A DNA stretch of 64,000 nucleotides from an uncultured Candidatus Bathyarchaeia archaeon (GTDB lineage Archaea; Thermoproteota; CALKCG01; B24; JAWCPE01), in NCBI GenBank assembly GCA_964396445.1, contig CAYNFI010000005.1:2351-66350 (forward strand), read 5' to 3'. The translations under genes and the position numbers were made by a program. This document shows, in pieces, positions 49,228-58,136 of the stretch (positions are counted from its first letter, which is position 1; every line of letters starts with the position of its first letter). Below the pieces are notes generated by a model that saw only the letters and a list, made by a program, of their open reading frames with translations, was not told where the DNA came from and did no database searches.

Positions 49228-50508
49228 GTGGAGAGGAAAACGCTTCAGGTTGGTCGAACACTGCTGGTAGGTGGACCGGCTTCAGTGAAGGTCGTCGATG
49301 GATCGCTGGATACAGTCGGCGTGACAGTTTCAACGCGAGGTAGCGTCGTCATCCGGTGCGGGCGGATCCTACCCGTGAAACCCCTTGAGGCATCCACGGT
49401 TGAGGTAACCCTTGGTGAAGGTGGGTCTATGGAGGAGATCGAGGGTAACCCCTTCCCGGAGGCTTGGCTGGACACCGTCGCGGATACGGTTGCAAAGCGT
49501 TTTGTAAAGGTTATGGTTGTGGGAGACACAGACTCTGGTAAGACAACGTTCTGCACACTTCTCGTAAATCAGGCGGTTAAGGAAGGGTTGAAGGTTGCCT
49601 TAGTTGACGGTGATATCGGGCAGGCTGACATCGGTCCCCCTACAACAGTGAGCCTAGCCGTTTTAAAGAAGCAAACGGTCGACTTGTTCACGTCTACACC
49701 TGAGAAAGTCCTCTTCATGGGCGCTACAACCCCCTGCGGGTTAATCGGGAAAGTTGTTGAAGGTGTGGCTGAACTTGGGCGGAAAGCTCTGGAACTTGGC
49801 GCTGAGTTCGTCGTTTTCAACACAGACGGCTGGGTTGATGGTGAAGCCGCTACTCTCTATAAAATTGACCTTGCCGCTAATGTTGGTGCCGATGTGGTTT
49901 TCCTCCTCCAAACCTCAGCGGGGCTTCAGGGCTTAACAGATGGGTTGAAGGGTCTAGGTCTTAACGCCCAGGTTCTCCCAGTTCCCGCAGCGATTAAACC
50001 GCGTTCAAGGGAGGTGCGGAAAGGGCTTAGAGAGCTTGGCTACAAGAAGGGTTTAAGAGACCTTACCTGCCGCACGCTTCCTTTAGGCTGGTTCCAGCTT
50101 GAGAACACGGTTCTTGGAAGCGGGATGCCCCTAACCCAGGATAGGGTTTACGAGTTCAGTGAGAGGCTTGGGGGTAACGTTCTATATGGGGAGGAGAAAG
50201 CTGGGCTCCTCGTATTGGTTGTTGATGGAGATGAGCTTCCACAGGAGGCTTCTAAGAGTTTCGTTGAAGCCCAGGGCAGAGATGTACACGTTATCCATCG
50301 GGGTGTTGAGAAGGGTTTAATCAGCGCCCTACTAGATAAAAACAGGGAGTTCCAAGGTTTAGGGATCATCGATGAAATCGACTATGTGAAACGGGTTCTC
50401 AAGGTTTATACACCATACACGGGTCCCGTTAGCATCGTTCAACTCGGGCAGGTTAAACTCGACCGAGATGGAAGGGAGCTAGCCCAATACCCATACTGCC
50501 CAATCTAA
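49228..50508 (+). CDS. Clp1/Grc3-type polynucleotide 5'-hydroxyl kinase
   Basis: P-loop VMVVGDTDSGKTTFCTLL, then VDGDIGQADIGPPTTVS (the DxDxGQ clasp typical of archaeal Clp1). Confidence 0.75.
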   Translation: MERKTLQVGRTLLVGGPASVKVVDGSLDTVGVTVSTRGSVVIRCGRILPVKPLEASTVEVTLGEGGSMEEIEGNPFPEAWLDTVADTVAKRFVKVMVVGDTDSGKTTFCTLLVNQAVKEGLKVALVDGDIGQADIGPPTTVSLAVLKKQTVDLFTSTPEKVLFMGATTPCGLIGKVVEGVAELGRKALELGAEFVVFNTDGWVDGEAATLYKIDLAANVGADVVFLLQTSAGLQGLTDGLKGLGLNAQVLPVPAAIKPRSREVRKGLRELGYKKGLRDLTCRTLPLGWFQLENTVLGSGMPLTQDRVYEFSERLGGNVLYGEEKAGLLVLVVDGDELPQEASKSFVEAQGRDVHVIHRGVEKGLISALLDKNREFQGLGIIDEIDYVKRVLKVYTPYTGPVSIVQLGQVKLDRDGRELAQYPYCPI

Positions 50509-50524
50509 ATTCTAGCCTCGACAT

Positions 50525-51220
50525 TTAAAGTCCATAGAAAAGACGCTGAGCGAGGAAAGACGGTAGCCCTATACGCTTAATCTCATCCGCGACCACATCA
50601 ACGTTGTACCCAATCCTCCGGTTTCTAACCTCAATTATCCTACCACTCTCCAACGTGAGGACTACGTAGCTTGCACGTGGGTCCCCGTCGCGACTTTGCC
50701 CTACTGAACCCGGGTTTAAAACATAATAGCCGTCAAGTTCCTTGATAAATGGGATATGTGTATGTCCTAATATAAGGACTTGAGACTTCGTCATGTAGAG
50801 GAATTCTCTAAGCGTTGAATCTAGGTAATCAGGGGTAACATACTCATCGATGAGGCCGCGTGGGGAGCCGTGGCACATAAAAATCCTTACACCTTCAATG
50901 GACCTCTCTATGCGGCTTGGAAGTTTTAGGAGATATTCCTGGTCCCCTAGGCTGAGCTGCCCGTGGGTCCAGTGGCAACTCGTGACGGCGTAGGGGTTGT
51001 AGCCTATAGGTGTATCTAATGCCGAGTCTCTATCATGGTTACCTAAAACCGAGGTTATGCCAAGCCTCTGGACCTCGGCGAGGGCTTCCCGAGGCCAAGG
51101 GTTATAATCAACGATGTCTCCAGCGTGTAAGACCATGTCCACGGGTTCAACGTCCTTAAGCACAGCCTCTAGAGCCACGGGGTTTGCATGAATGTCAGCG
51201 ATGACGAGAACCTTCTCCAA
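50525..51220 (-). CDS. metallophosphoesterase (MJ0936/YfcE-like)
   Basis: VIADIHAN, HAGDIVD, GNHD, CHGSP and GHTH motifs in order. Confidence 0.85.
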   Translation of the reverse strand: MEKVLVIADIHANPVALEAVLKDVEPVDMVLHAGDIVDYNPWPREALAEVQRLGITSVLGNHDRDSALDTPIGYNPYAVTSCHWTHGQLSLGDQEYLLKLPSRIERSIEGVRIFMCHGSPRGLIDEYVTPDYLDSTLREFLYMTKSQVLILGHTHIPFIKELDGYYVLNPGSVGQSRDGDPRASYVVLTLESGRIIEVRNRRIGYNVDVVADEIKRIGLPSFLAQRLFYGL

Positions 51221-51234
51221 CGTACCGCCTAGCC

Positions 51235-51777
51235 ATGAGTTCCCCGCTTAAGCTTTTATACTTGGAGCAGACCATAAATTTTTCGGGCTGTTTATTGAAT
51301 ACCCAAAGGATTAACCAATTAATTTCTATGGCTTCTACTAACCTCACAATTTCGCTTTCAATGGCTGGATTTAGTATCGCGTTGTTAACTTTTATCTGGC
51401 GTTTCCCTAACCCCGCATATTCCAGTCTATTTTGGGTCACCATCCTATTCATTTTATTGGGTATTCTTTGTTTTACGTATTCCTTCGTCTACTTCCAGAC
51501 CGGAGGAGCGCTCTGCATGACAGGAGAAATGAGTGAGAAAACAGTTGAGAAGGCTAATGGATGTATATTTAACGGTGTGAGATACCTGAGATTCGGTGTG
51601 CTTTTTCTATTATCGTCAATCTTTTTCATCACACTTCAGATGGCTTTATCACAAACACCTTCGGTGTTCCTCTCCGGAAATTTCTTCGAAGCTGTAACCG
51701 TGTTTATAGTGTGTTTATTAGCCTTAATCCTACCTTTGAGCTTCTGGATAAGAACATTTAGACCCATAGAATTATAG
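51235..51777 (+). CDS. hypothetical polytopic membrane protein
   Basis: About 5 hydrophobic helices, in an A+T-richer segment. The more likely start is ATG 51328 (MASTNL), which would leave a divergent promoter gap. Confidence 0.5.
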   Translation: MSSPLKLLYLEQTINFSGCLLNTQRINQLISMASTNLTISLSMAGFSIALLTFIWRFPNPAYSSLFWVTILFILLGILCFTYSFVYFQTGGALCMTGEMSEKTVEKANGCIFNGVRYLRFGVLFLLSSIFFITLQMALSQTPSVFLSGNFFEAVTVFIVCLLALILPLSFWIRTFRPIEL

Positions 51778-51815
51778 CTATGAGTGAAGGAAAAGTATTG
51801 TAAGGTGATGGCATT

Positions 51816-52496
51816 ATGCGTGGAGAGTTGCCAACACTTATCCCAACAAAAGACAAAAACCGTCAAAATTACTTAGTTTCACTATGTGATTTTCCGTTAC
51901 CCTTTGTAACCAAGGATCAGGTCGATGTGGCTTTCATACTAGGAGATGAAGTGTCATCTAGCGAACCCTATACTCATGCAAGAGTGTGTGATGGCGCTGT
52001 GGTAGGTTTTCTAACGATCGCTCTCTCGATGGGTGAAAAAAACATTTGGAGACCAGAGGTCCTACCTAAGTTCGTGGTAGGTCCTTTGTTGCCAAACATA
52101 CACAAAGTAGCCTCCCAGCATAACATAGTAGTCATAGGCTCCCCTAAGGTTAATAGTGTATCAAGATGGATAAACGATCACGTAGATGTTAAATTCAGAT
52201 TGCCTATGTGTAGGAGTTTTAATGTCCAATCGCTTTCGAAGGATTATGAGGATTCTGATTATCCTCAAAGTTCTCTAGGTACCGCTTACCTAACTAGAAA
52301 CCCATACAATGATGCGAAGTATGCTTTAGTGGTGGCCGGTTGTCACGCTTTAGGGACTTGGGCTGCGGGGCATGCGCTTGCAAGTAAGCTGACAGAGATA
52401 AAGGAGAAGAAAACACAGATGGGTATCGTAACAATCGGTGTTGATGAGGATAATGACGGTGTACAAGACGATAGCCGTATCATCGCTCATTTTTAA
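51816..52496 (+). CDS. hypothetical soluble protein
   Basis: 226-aa ORF 38 nt downstream of the membrane ORF, with no signal peptide. Strand-turn patterns NIVVIGSPKVNSVSRWIN and YALVVAGCHALGTWAAGHALA, and an acidic tail DEDNDGVQDD. No family recognised. Confidence 0.5.
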   Translation: MRGELPTLIPTKDKNRQNYLVSLCDFPLPFVTKDQVDVAFILGDEVSSSEPYTHARVCDGAVVGFLTIALSMGEKNIWRPEVLPKFVVGPLLPNIHKVASQHNIVVIGSPKVNSVSRWINDHVDVKFRLPMCRSFNVQSLSKDYEDSDYPQSSLGTAYLTRNPYNDAKYALVVAGCHALGTWAAGHALASKLTEIKEKKTQMGIVTIGVDEDNDGVQDDSRIIAHF

Positions 52497-52735
52497 TGCT
52501 AGAAAATGCTACGAAGACCTACGACTGCTGATTATGGTTCCGTTTTTGAATGAGAAAAGAACGGTAACCACGGTTATAAGCGAATACCTTAAAACCCAGC
52601 CACCGAAGCATTTATGGTTAATGGATGAAGTAGTTTCGAATCAGTTTTGGAAATAGAGTATGAGACTCTGGATTTAGGGTTTAACAACCTATCCAATCTT
52701 TAAGAGTAATCGCTGGACTACTATTGATGTAACTT

Positions 52736-53773
52736 ATGACGGTGGTTTCCTTGAACCGTGTTGAGCGTGTGCTGAGGGCTTTAAGCCTTGAGGAACCTGA
52801 CACCGTACCTTATACGGAGTTGCTCATATCAAGCCCTATCATAGCCTCCTTATCCACTAAAACCGGCGTAGATGCCTTGATCGAATCCCATGAACGCCTC
52901 GACATGGATATGATCACAGTTAGTGAAACAAGACTGGATCAACTGGATACGCAGGGTGTCCGTGGGGATGATTGGGGTGTAACGTACATCGAACGTGACG
53001 GGGTCGGCTGGTATGTCACAGGCTCTTTTACGCAACCGGAGGACGTTGTCAAGTTCAAGCCTCCGGATCCCTTTACTGATGGGCGTATGCATGGTGTTGA
53101 GGAGGTGCTTCACCGGGTTAAAGGTAGAATAGCTGTTGCAGGGAATGTGCCAGGTGAGAAGCTTACTTATCTAACACGGGGCTTCACCGGTTTCTTCAGC
53201 GATATTTATAGGCGTCCAGATGTGGCACAGCACCTCGTGGACATGGTTACGGATTACAACGTGGGATTGTGTAAGCAGATGGTTGAGCTGGGCGTCGACT
53301 TGATCGTGGTTACTGGGGATATCGCTGAGAAAACTGGGCCTATGATGTCCCCCGCTGCCTACCGCAGGTTCTTCTACCCCTGCCTTAAAGCCATAGTCGA
53401 TGAAGCCCATTGGGGAGGCGTTCCAGTCGTGAAGCACTCAGACGGGAACCTTTACCCCATCCTTAAGGATGTTGTGGACACGGGGATAGACGGGCTTCAC
53501 TCCATCGAGCCTTTAGCCGGTATGGACATCGCCGAGGTTAAGAAGATGTATGGGGACAGGCTATGTCTCCTAGGCAACATCGATTGTTCGCAGACCCTCT
53601 GTATAAAGGATGTGGAGGATGTTAAACGTGAGGTGGCTGAATGCATAGAGGCGGCTTCCTACGGGGGTGGTCACATCGTATGCTCAAGTAATTCGTACCA
53701 CCCCGGTGTGAGGCTTTCAAACATCTTGGCCTTTAAGGAAGCGGCGCGGAAATACGGTAAGTATCGTTTGTAA
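52736..53773 (+). CDS. URO-D/MtaA-family protein, short-form paralogue without Zn-thiolate motif
   Basis: 345-aa ORF: RVLRALSLEEPDTVPY N-terminus, VVKHSDGNLYPILKDVVDTGIDGLHSIEP, LLGNIDCS and GGGHIVCSSNS. Confidence 0.75.
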   Translation: MTVVSLNRVERVLRALSLEEPDTVPYTELLISSPIIASLSTKTGVDALIESHERLDMDMITVSETRLDQLDTQGVRGDDWGVTYIERDGVGWYVTGSFTQPEDVVKFKPPDPFTDGRMHGVEEVLHRVKGRIAVAGNVPGEKLTYLTRGFTGFFSDIYRRPDVAQHLVDMVTDYNVGLCKQMVELGVDLIVVTGDIAEKTGPMMSPAAYRRFFYPCLKAIVDEAHWGGVPVVKHSDGNLYPILKDVVDTGIDGLHSIEPLAGMDIAEVKKMYGDRLCLLGNIDCSQTLCIKDVEDVKREVAECIEAASYGGGHIVCSSNSYHPGVRLSNILAFKEAARKYGKYRL

Positions 53774-53795
53774 GCTGGCCACGTGACGTATTGGA

Positions 53796-54983
53796 TCAAG
53801 GTGTCTCCTTCATTTCTTTAAGGGTAAGAAGGAGAGGTATGGCGAGGGTTGTGGATAGTATTGAGGCGTAGAATGGTGTAACAGGTCCTAGGGTTTCCCA
53901 TAGGATGCCTCCGACTAAGGGTCCGAGGGTGAAGCCCAGCCTCACACCTGTCTGCCTAATACCTGTGGCTAAACCCCTTTGGTTTCCAGGGACGATGTCC
54001 ATGAGGAAGGCTATAGATATGGGCCATGTCATGCTGTAGAACCAGTATGTTAGCGTGTAGGTTGCGAGGAACGTGTGGAAACTGTTCATCAGGGAGGAGG
54101 CTAAGAAAAGCGGGGACATAAAGGCTAGGCACCATGTCATGACCCTCCGCATACCATATCTGGCTGCGAGCATGCCTCCAGGAATTTGTGAAAGCAGTGT
54201 GGCTCCGCCTACGATGGAGAAGAAGAGCCCCACCTCTGTTTTACTCAGCTCAAACTTTGCGGTGAGGTAGATAGACATGAGGCTGTGAACGGCGCCCACG
54301 CCGAAGGAGATGAGGACATGGAAGAGGAAGAGGATGGTTACGGCGTAAAGCGCTTCACGACTTAAACTCAACCCTTGAGCCAGAGCATTCTTCGACTTCA
54401 CAGATTCCTGATTAACCCCCTCTTTGAAAAAGAAGGCTGTGATAAGGCATAGGAAGAAAACTGAGGCAGCGAGGTAGAAGGCCTGGTTCCAACCATAATT
54501 ATCGGCTAAGAAGCCTCCTAAAGCTGGGCCGACAATGCTTCCAAGTGGCCAAGCGATGTTCATAAACCCATAAATCCTAACCCTATTCTGTGCATGCGTA
54601 TAATCGGCTATGGAGACCATCCGGGCTGGCATAAATGCGGCTAGGGCAGCGGCGTAGACCATAACCAAAGGCAGGAGATGTCCCCATTCCCTTACAAAGG
54701 TGTACAGAACCGGTGGAAAGAACGCGAGGACGGTGCTGACAACGATCAACTTCTTCCTCCCATACCTGTCGGATAGGAAACCGCTCGGCGCCATTAACAG
54801 CGTGGAGACGAAGCCTGAAGCTGAGAGGATAAGGCTTACCTCGAAAACCGTTGCCCCCAGGCTTTGAACGAACAGGGGGAATATGGCGCCTATGAGTTCC
54901 ATGCCGAGGGAAAGCCCAGCGTTAACTAGGAAGAGTACCCGAAGGTTCCTTTCAAGGAGAGAAACTCCCTCTACCTTCACCAC
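53796..54983 (-). CDS. MFS transporter
   Basis: 395-aa ORF with 12 hydrophobic helices. Loop motif GFLSDRYGRKKLIV between TM2 and TM3, repeated in the second half as AARYGMRRVM. Confidence 0.8.
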   Translation of the reverse strand: MVKVEGVSLLERNLRVLFLVNAGLSLGMELIGAIFPLFVQSLGATVFEVSLILSASGFVSTLLMAPSGFLSDRYGRKKLIVVSTVLAFFPPVLYTFVREWGHLLPLVMVYAAALAAFMPARMVSIADYTHAQNRVRIYGFMNIAWPLGSIVGPALGGFLADNYGWNQAFYLAASVFFLCLITAFFFKEGVNQESVKSKNALAQGLSLSREALYAVTILFLFHVLISFGVGAVHSLMSIYLTAKFELSKTEVGLFFSIVGGATLLSQIPGGMLAARYGMRRVMTWCLAFMSPLFLASSLMNSFHTFLATYTLTYWFYSMTWPISIAFLMDIVPGNQRGLATGIRQTGVRLGFTLGPLVGGILWETLGPVTPFYASILSTTLAIPLLLTLKEMKETP

Positions 54984-55533
54984 AACCCCTCTTCCCCATA
55001 TCCTCTACACGGGCACAGCTTTCAGTTAGAACCCTCATAACGTAAAGTAGGAGATAAAAACTTGTTGAAAAGCCCTGTGCTAGAAAAGGGAGTATAATAG
55101 GTTGTGAGGAGGAGGTTAGGGCCTCCATGTCCCAATGTTTTCTCCATGGTTTTTATGCCTAAAGTTTTCGCCTCCCCGTTTTCAGCACCATCAGTATTTG
55201 GTTTCGTGGAGGTAGTTGCCATGCATCGTCTTACGTGAGTTTTAATGTCTTTAATCTTTGTACTCGCGGTGGGAAAAATATTTTTCCGCGGAGTTGATAA
55301 GCCCGTTTCAGGCTTCTTTTCTTGTTCTTAGTATGTTTATTAGGGTTGTTTGGTATTACCCGAAGTGTGTTTATATGGATGATGAAGTGTTCAGCACCAA
55401 ACACAGGTATAGAACATCGTCTTGGAAGCATGGGATTAACGCAGTCATCGCTGATCAACTGGGCTTTAAGGAAACCACCTCAGCGTTAAGGTGGGGAAAC
55501 CTATGTTATCGATGGGCTTCAAAGCCCGCGGCC

Positions 55534-56616
55534 TCATCTGTAATAAACACCGTATTTCCGAGCAGCCTCAACCATGGACCCTATGTTTTCAACCGGTGCG
55601 TTCAAGGGGACTTCGCAGCCTGAGCTGAGTATAAAGCCTCCGCTGCCAGCGTCCTCGATGCACCTCTTAGCCTCTAACTCAACATCCGCTGGGCTTCCCG
55701 TTAATAAGGTGTCTGTGCCCACATTACCCATGAGGCAAACCCTTTCTCCAACACGTTTCTTCGCCTCGCTTAGACTGACTAACCTGTCAACCTCGAGGAT
55801 CCTAGCCCCTGAGTTAAGCATCTTCTCCAAGATAGGCTCCGTCTTTCCGCATATATGCAGGGAGGGGATAGCGCCATTCTTAATGATAGCGCTTGTGACC
55901 ACCTTTAGGTAAGGTAGGGAAAATTCCTGAAACATGTGTGGTGAGAGAAGTCCCGCTGATGCCATTGGGTCCGCTATTACCACCACGTCGACGCCGCGTT
56001 CCGCCTTCGCGACGGCGAAAGCCTTCGATGCCTCAGCTGAAACCCTGTTAAGCTCATGGATGAAACACGGGTTCTCGATAATGTCGAGCATGAGTTTCTC
56101 CACGCTGTATAGAAGCCCGGAGAGGGTTAGAGGTCCAGGGACGTAGCTGAAGAGGGCGGCTTCTCCTTTAACGTCTGCCTTAACATGGTCTATGGCTTCT
56201 AGGTAAACGGGTAGCCTTCCATCCACCTCTGGGTTAGGCAGCTTTACTTTCCCTAGGTCTCGGGGTTCGTGGACCACACCCTGAGCAACGCTTGGGTTGT
56301 CATCCTCAACCATCCTCAGCCTGCAGCCCATAGCTTCAGCCATTAGGTTGAAGGAGGACTCCCATCCAACATAGATTCCGTCGTATCCTATAACCCTGTA
56401 ACCCTTTAGCAACGCCTGAGCCATAAGCCATGGGTCAGTCATGGGTTCACTGAACTTAACACCGATAAGCCTGGAAGTTGTGTAGGTGACCTGAGGGACC
56501 ACGGGTACACGGTCTCCCTTGGATAAGGCAACCGCGGCCATCACCCTTTGAAAGGAGTTCATGGAGAAACCCTCACCCAGCTTTCCTAAGATGTGTGGAA
56601 TATGATCTCCTGACAA
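55534..56616 (-). CDS. MtaA/MtbA-like methylcobamide:thiol methyltransferase (MT2, URO-D family) with H-x-C...C zinc motif
   Basis: MNSFQRVMAAVALSKGDRVPVVPQV MT2-type N-terminus (probable true start ATG 56562). SLHICGKT (H-x-C) and ILSSGCEVP supply the Zn ligand pattern. Confidence 0.8.
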   Translation of the reverse strand: MSGDHIPHILGKLGEGFSMNSFQRVMAAVALSKGDRVPVVPQVTYTTSRLIGVKFSEPMTDPWLMAQALLKGYRVIGYDGIYVGWESSFNLMAEAMGCRLRMVEDDNPSVAQGVVHEPRDLGKVKLPNPEVDGRLPVYLEAIDHVKADVKGEAALFSYVPGPLTLSGLLYSVEKLMLDIIENPCFIHELNRVSAEASKAFAVAKAERGVDVVVIADPMASAGLLSPHMFQEFSLPYLKVVTSAIIKNGAIPSLHICGKTEPILEKMLNSGARILEVDRLVSLSEAKKRVGERVCLMGNVGTDTLLTGSPADVELEAKRCIEDAGSGGFILSSGCEVPLNAPVENIGSMVEAARKYGVYYR

Positions 56617-56676
56617 GTCTTATTAAGAATGCCCAGATACCTTATTGGACATAGGGTACACGTAGGTTTGAAAGCT
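56563..56676. promoter_or_regulatory. putative divergent promoter region between the MT2 gene and the mttB-like gene
   Basis: If both genes use their family-typical internal ATGs (56562 and 56677), a 114-nt gap opens. It contains a near-palindromic A+T box, tcttattaagaa (about 56618-56629), roughly central. No experimental support. Confidence 0.3.
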
Positions 56677-58131
56677 ATGAGAATCGCAGGTTTACCATCA
56701 AGGACGGGTATCGGCCTCAACTTCCTTACCAAGGACCAACTGAACCTCATCCATTTAGCTACAATTCATGTCCTCGAAAAAACCGGGGTTGGGGTCTACG
56801 AAGCAGAGGCTTACAGACTGCTTTTAGACGCTGGATGCACAGCTTCAGGGAGCACTGTTAGGATCCCTGAGCATCTTGTAGCTGAAGCCTTGAAGACTGC
56901 GCCTAAGACCGTTACGCTCCAAGGCAGGGGGAAGGGTAAAACCCTGAGGCTTGAGGATAAACGTGTTCACTTTGGTTTAGGCAGCAGCACAACGAACGTC
57001 ATAGACCTTGAGACCGGGGAGAGGAGGCTTTCGACAAAACAGGATGTAGGCAACGCAGTCAGGTTGGCGGATGCCCTCCCAAACATCGACTTCGTCATGT
57101 CCCTCTGCAGCGCCCTAGACACCACAAAGGATGTGGCTGACAGACATGAGGTTGAAGCCATGCTGACGAACACTGAAAAACCCATCATCGCCATAACCTT
57201 CGGTCGTGAGGGAGCTAAGGACGCTATAAAAATGGTGCGTCTAGTCACAGGCGACGAGCCTAAGAAGGCGAAGCCTGTCATAACCCTTTACTCGGAGCCA
57301 ATCGCCCCACTACAACACGATGCAACGTACACGGGAAACCTCATCGAGTTCGCCAAGGCTGGGCTACCCGTCGTCTACGGTCCATGCGACCAAGCCGGAG
57401 CCACATCCCCAGCGACCCTAGCAGGCACCCTCGTTCAAGCCAACGCTGAGGTCCTCAGCGGCTTAATCATCCATCAACTTGTGGGTAGGGGAGCCCCCTT
57501 CATCTACGGCGTCATCTCCTCCATCATGGATATGAAGACCACGGTCATGTCGTACGGCGCACCAGAGTTTACCCTCATCAACGCGGGAGCCGCCCAGATC
57601 GCTCAACTCTACGGGCTTCCCTTCTTTGGAACCGGCGGGATTACAGACGCGAAGGTTGCTGATGGTCAAGCGGTAGCAGAAGCCGCTTTGTCCCTTGGAA
57701 TGGCTGCCCTAACGGGCACAAACCTCATCCATGACATCGGCTACGTGGAAAGCGGGTTAACCGGTTGCTTCGAGATGATCGTTATATGCGATGAATTAGC
57801 TGGAATGGCTTCAAGGATAATCCAAGGCATAGAGGTGAACGATGAAACTCTCGCCGTCGATGTCATCGATAAGGTGGGACCCGGAGGCACTTTCCTCGCT
57901 GAGGAGCATACGTTGGAGTTTTTCCAACGTGAACATTGGGTGCCAAGGTTGATGAACAGGCAAAGGCGTGGACCCTGGAGTAGGAGTGGGGGAAAGGATC
58001 TGATGTATCTAGCGAGGGAGACGGCGATGAGAATCCTTAAAGAGCATCAACCCACACCGTTGCCTGAAGATCTGAGAAAAGGTATTAGAAAGGTTGTGGA
58101 GGAAGCTGAGGGGAAGAGGAAAGAGGTGTAG
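56629..58131 (+). CDS. MttB-superfamily (trimethylamine methyltransferase-like) substrate:corrinoid methyltransferase, non-pyrrolysine type
   Basis: 500-aa uninterrupted ORF. FLTKDQLNLIHLATIHVLEKTGV N-terminus and GxxSP...G..Q.NAE...G patterns are typical of the MttB family. No in-frame TAG. The probable start is ATG 56677. Confidence 0.8.
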   Translation: MPRYLIGHRVHVGLKAMRIAGLPSRTGIGLNFLTKDQLNLIHLATIHVLEKTGVGVYEAEAYRLLLDAGCTASGSTVRIPEHLVAEALKTAPKTVTLQGRGKGKTLRLEDKRVHFGLGSSTTNVIDLETGERRLSTKQDVGNAVRLADALPNIDFVMSLCSALDTTKDVADRHEVEAMLTNTEKPIIAITFGREGAKDAIKMVRLVTGDEPKKAKPVITLYSEPIAPLQHDATYTGNLIEFAKAGLPVVYGPCDQAGATSPATLAGTLVQANAEVLSGLIIHQLVGRGAPFIYGVISSIMDMKTTVMSYGAPEFTLINAGAAQIAQLYGLPFFGTGGITDAKVADGQAVAEAALSLGMAALTGTNLIHDIGYVESGLTGCFEMIVICDELAGMASRIIQGIEVNDETLAVDVIDKVGPGGTFLAEEHTLEFFQREHWVPRLMNRQRRGPWSRSGGKDLMYLARETAMRILKEHQPTPLPEDLRKGIRKVVEEAEGKRKEV

Positions 58132-58136
58132 TCACC

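Noticed and set aside
55376-55456. Possible C/D-box sRNA (gATGATGA at about 55377-55384 and CTGA at about 55451)
   Set aside because: There is no internal D'/C' pair at the expected spacing, no terminal stem, and the overall length is too long for archaeal C/D sRNAs.
55022-55623. Three mutually overlapping ORFs (66, 75 and 121 aa) in the 550-nt spacer
   Set aside because: They have no motifs and atypical composition, and the 121-aa ORF runs antisense into the MT2 gene. I judge them unlikely to be genes.
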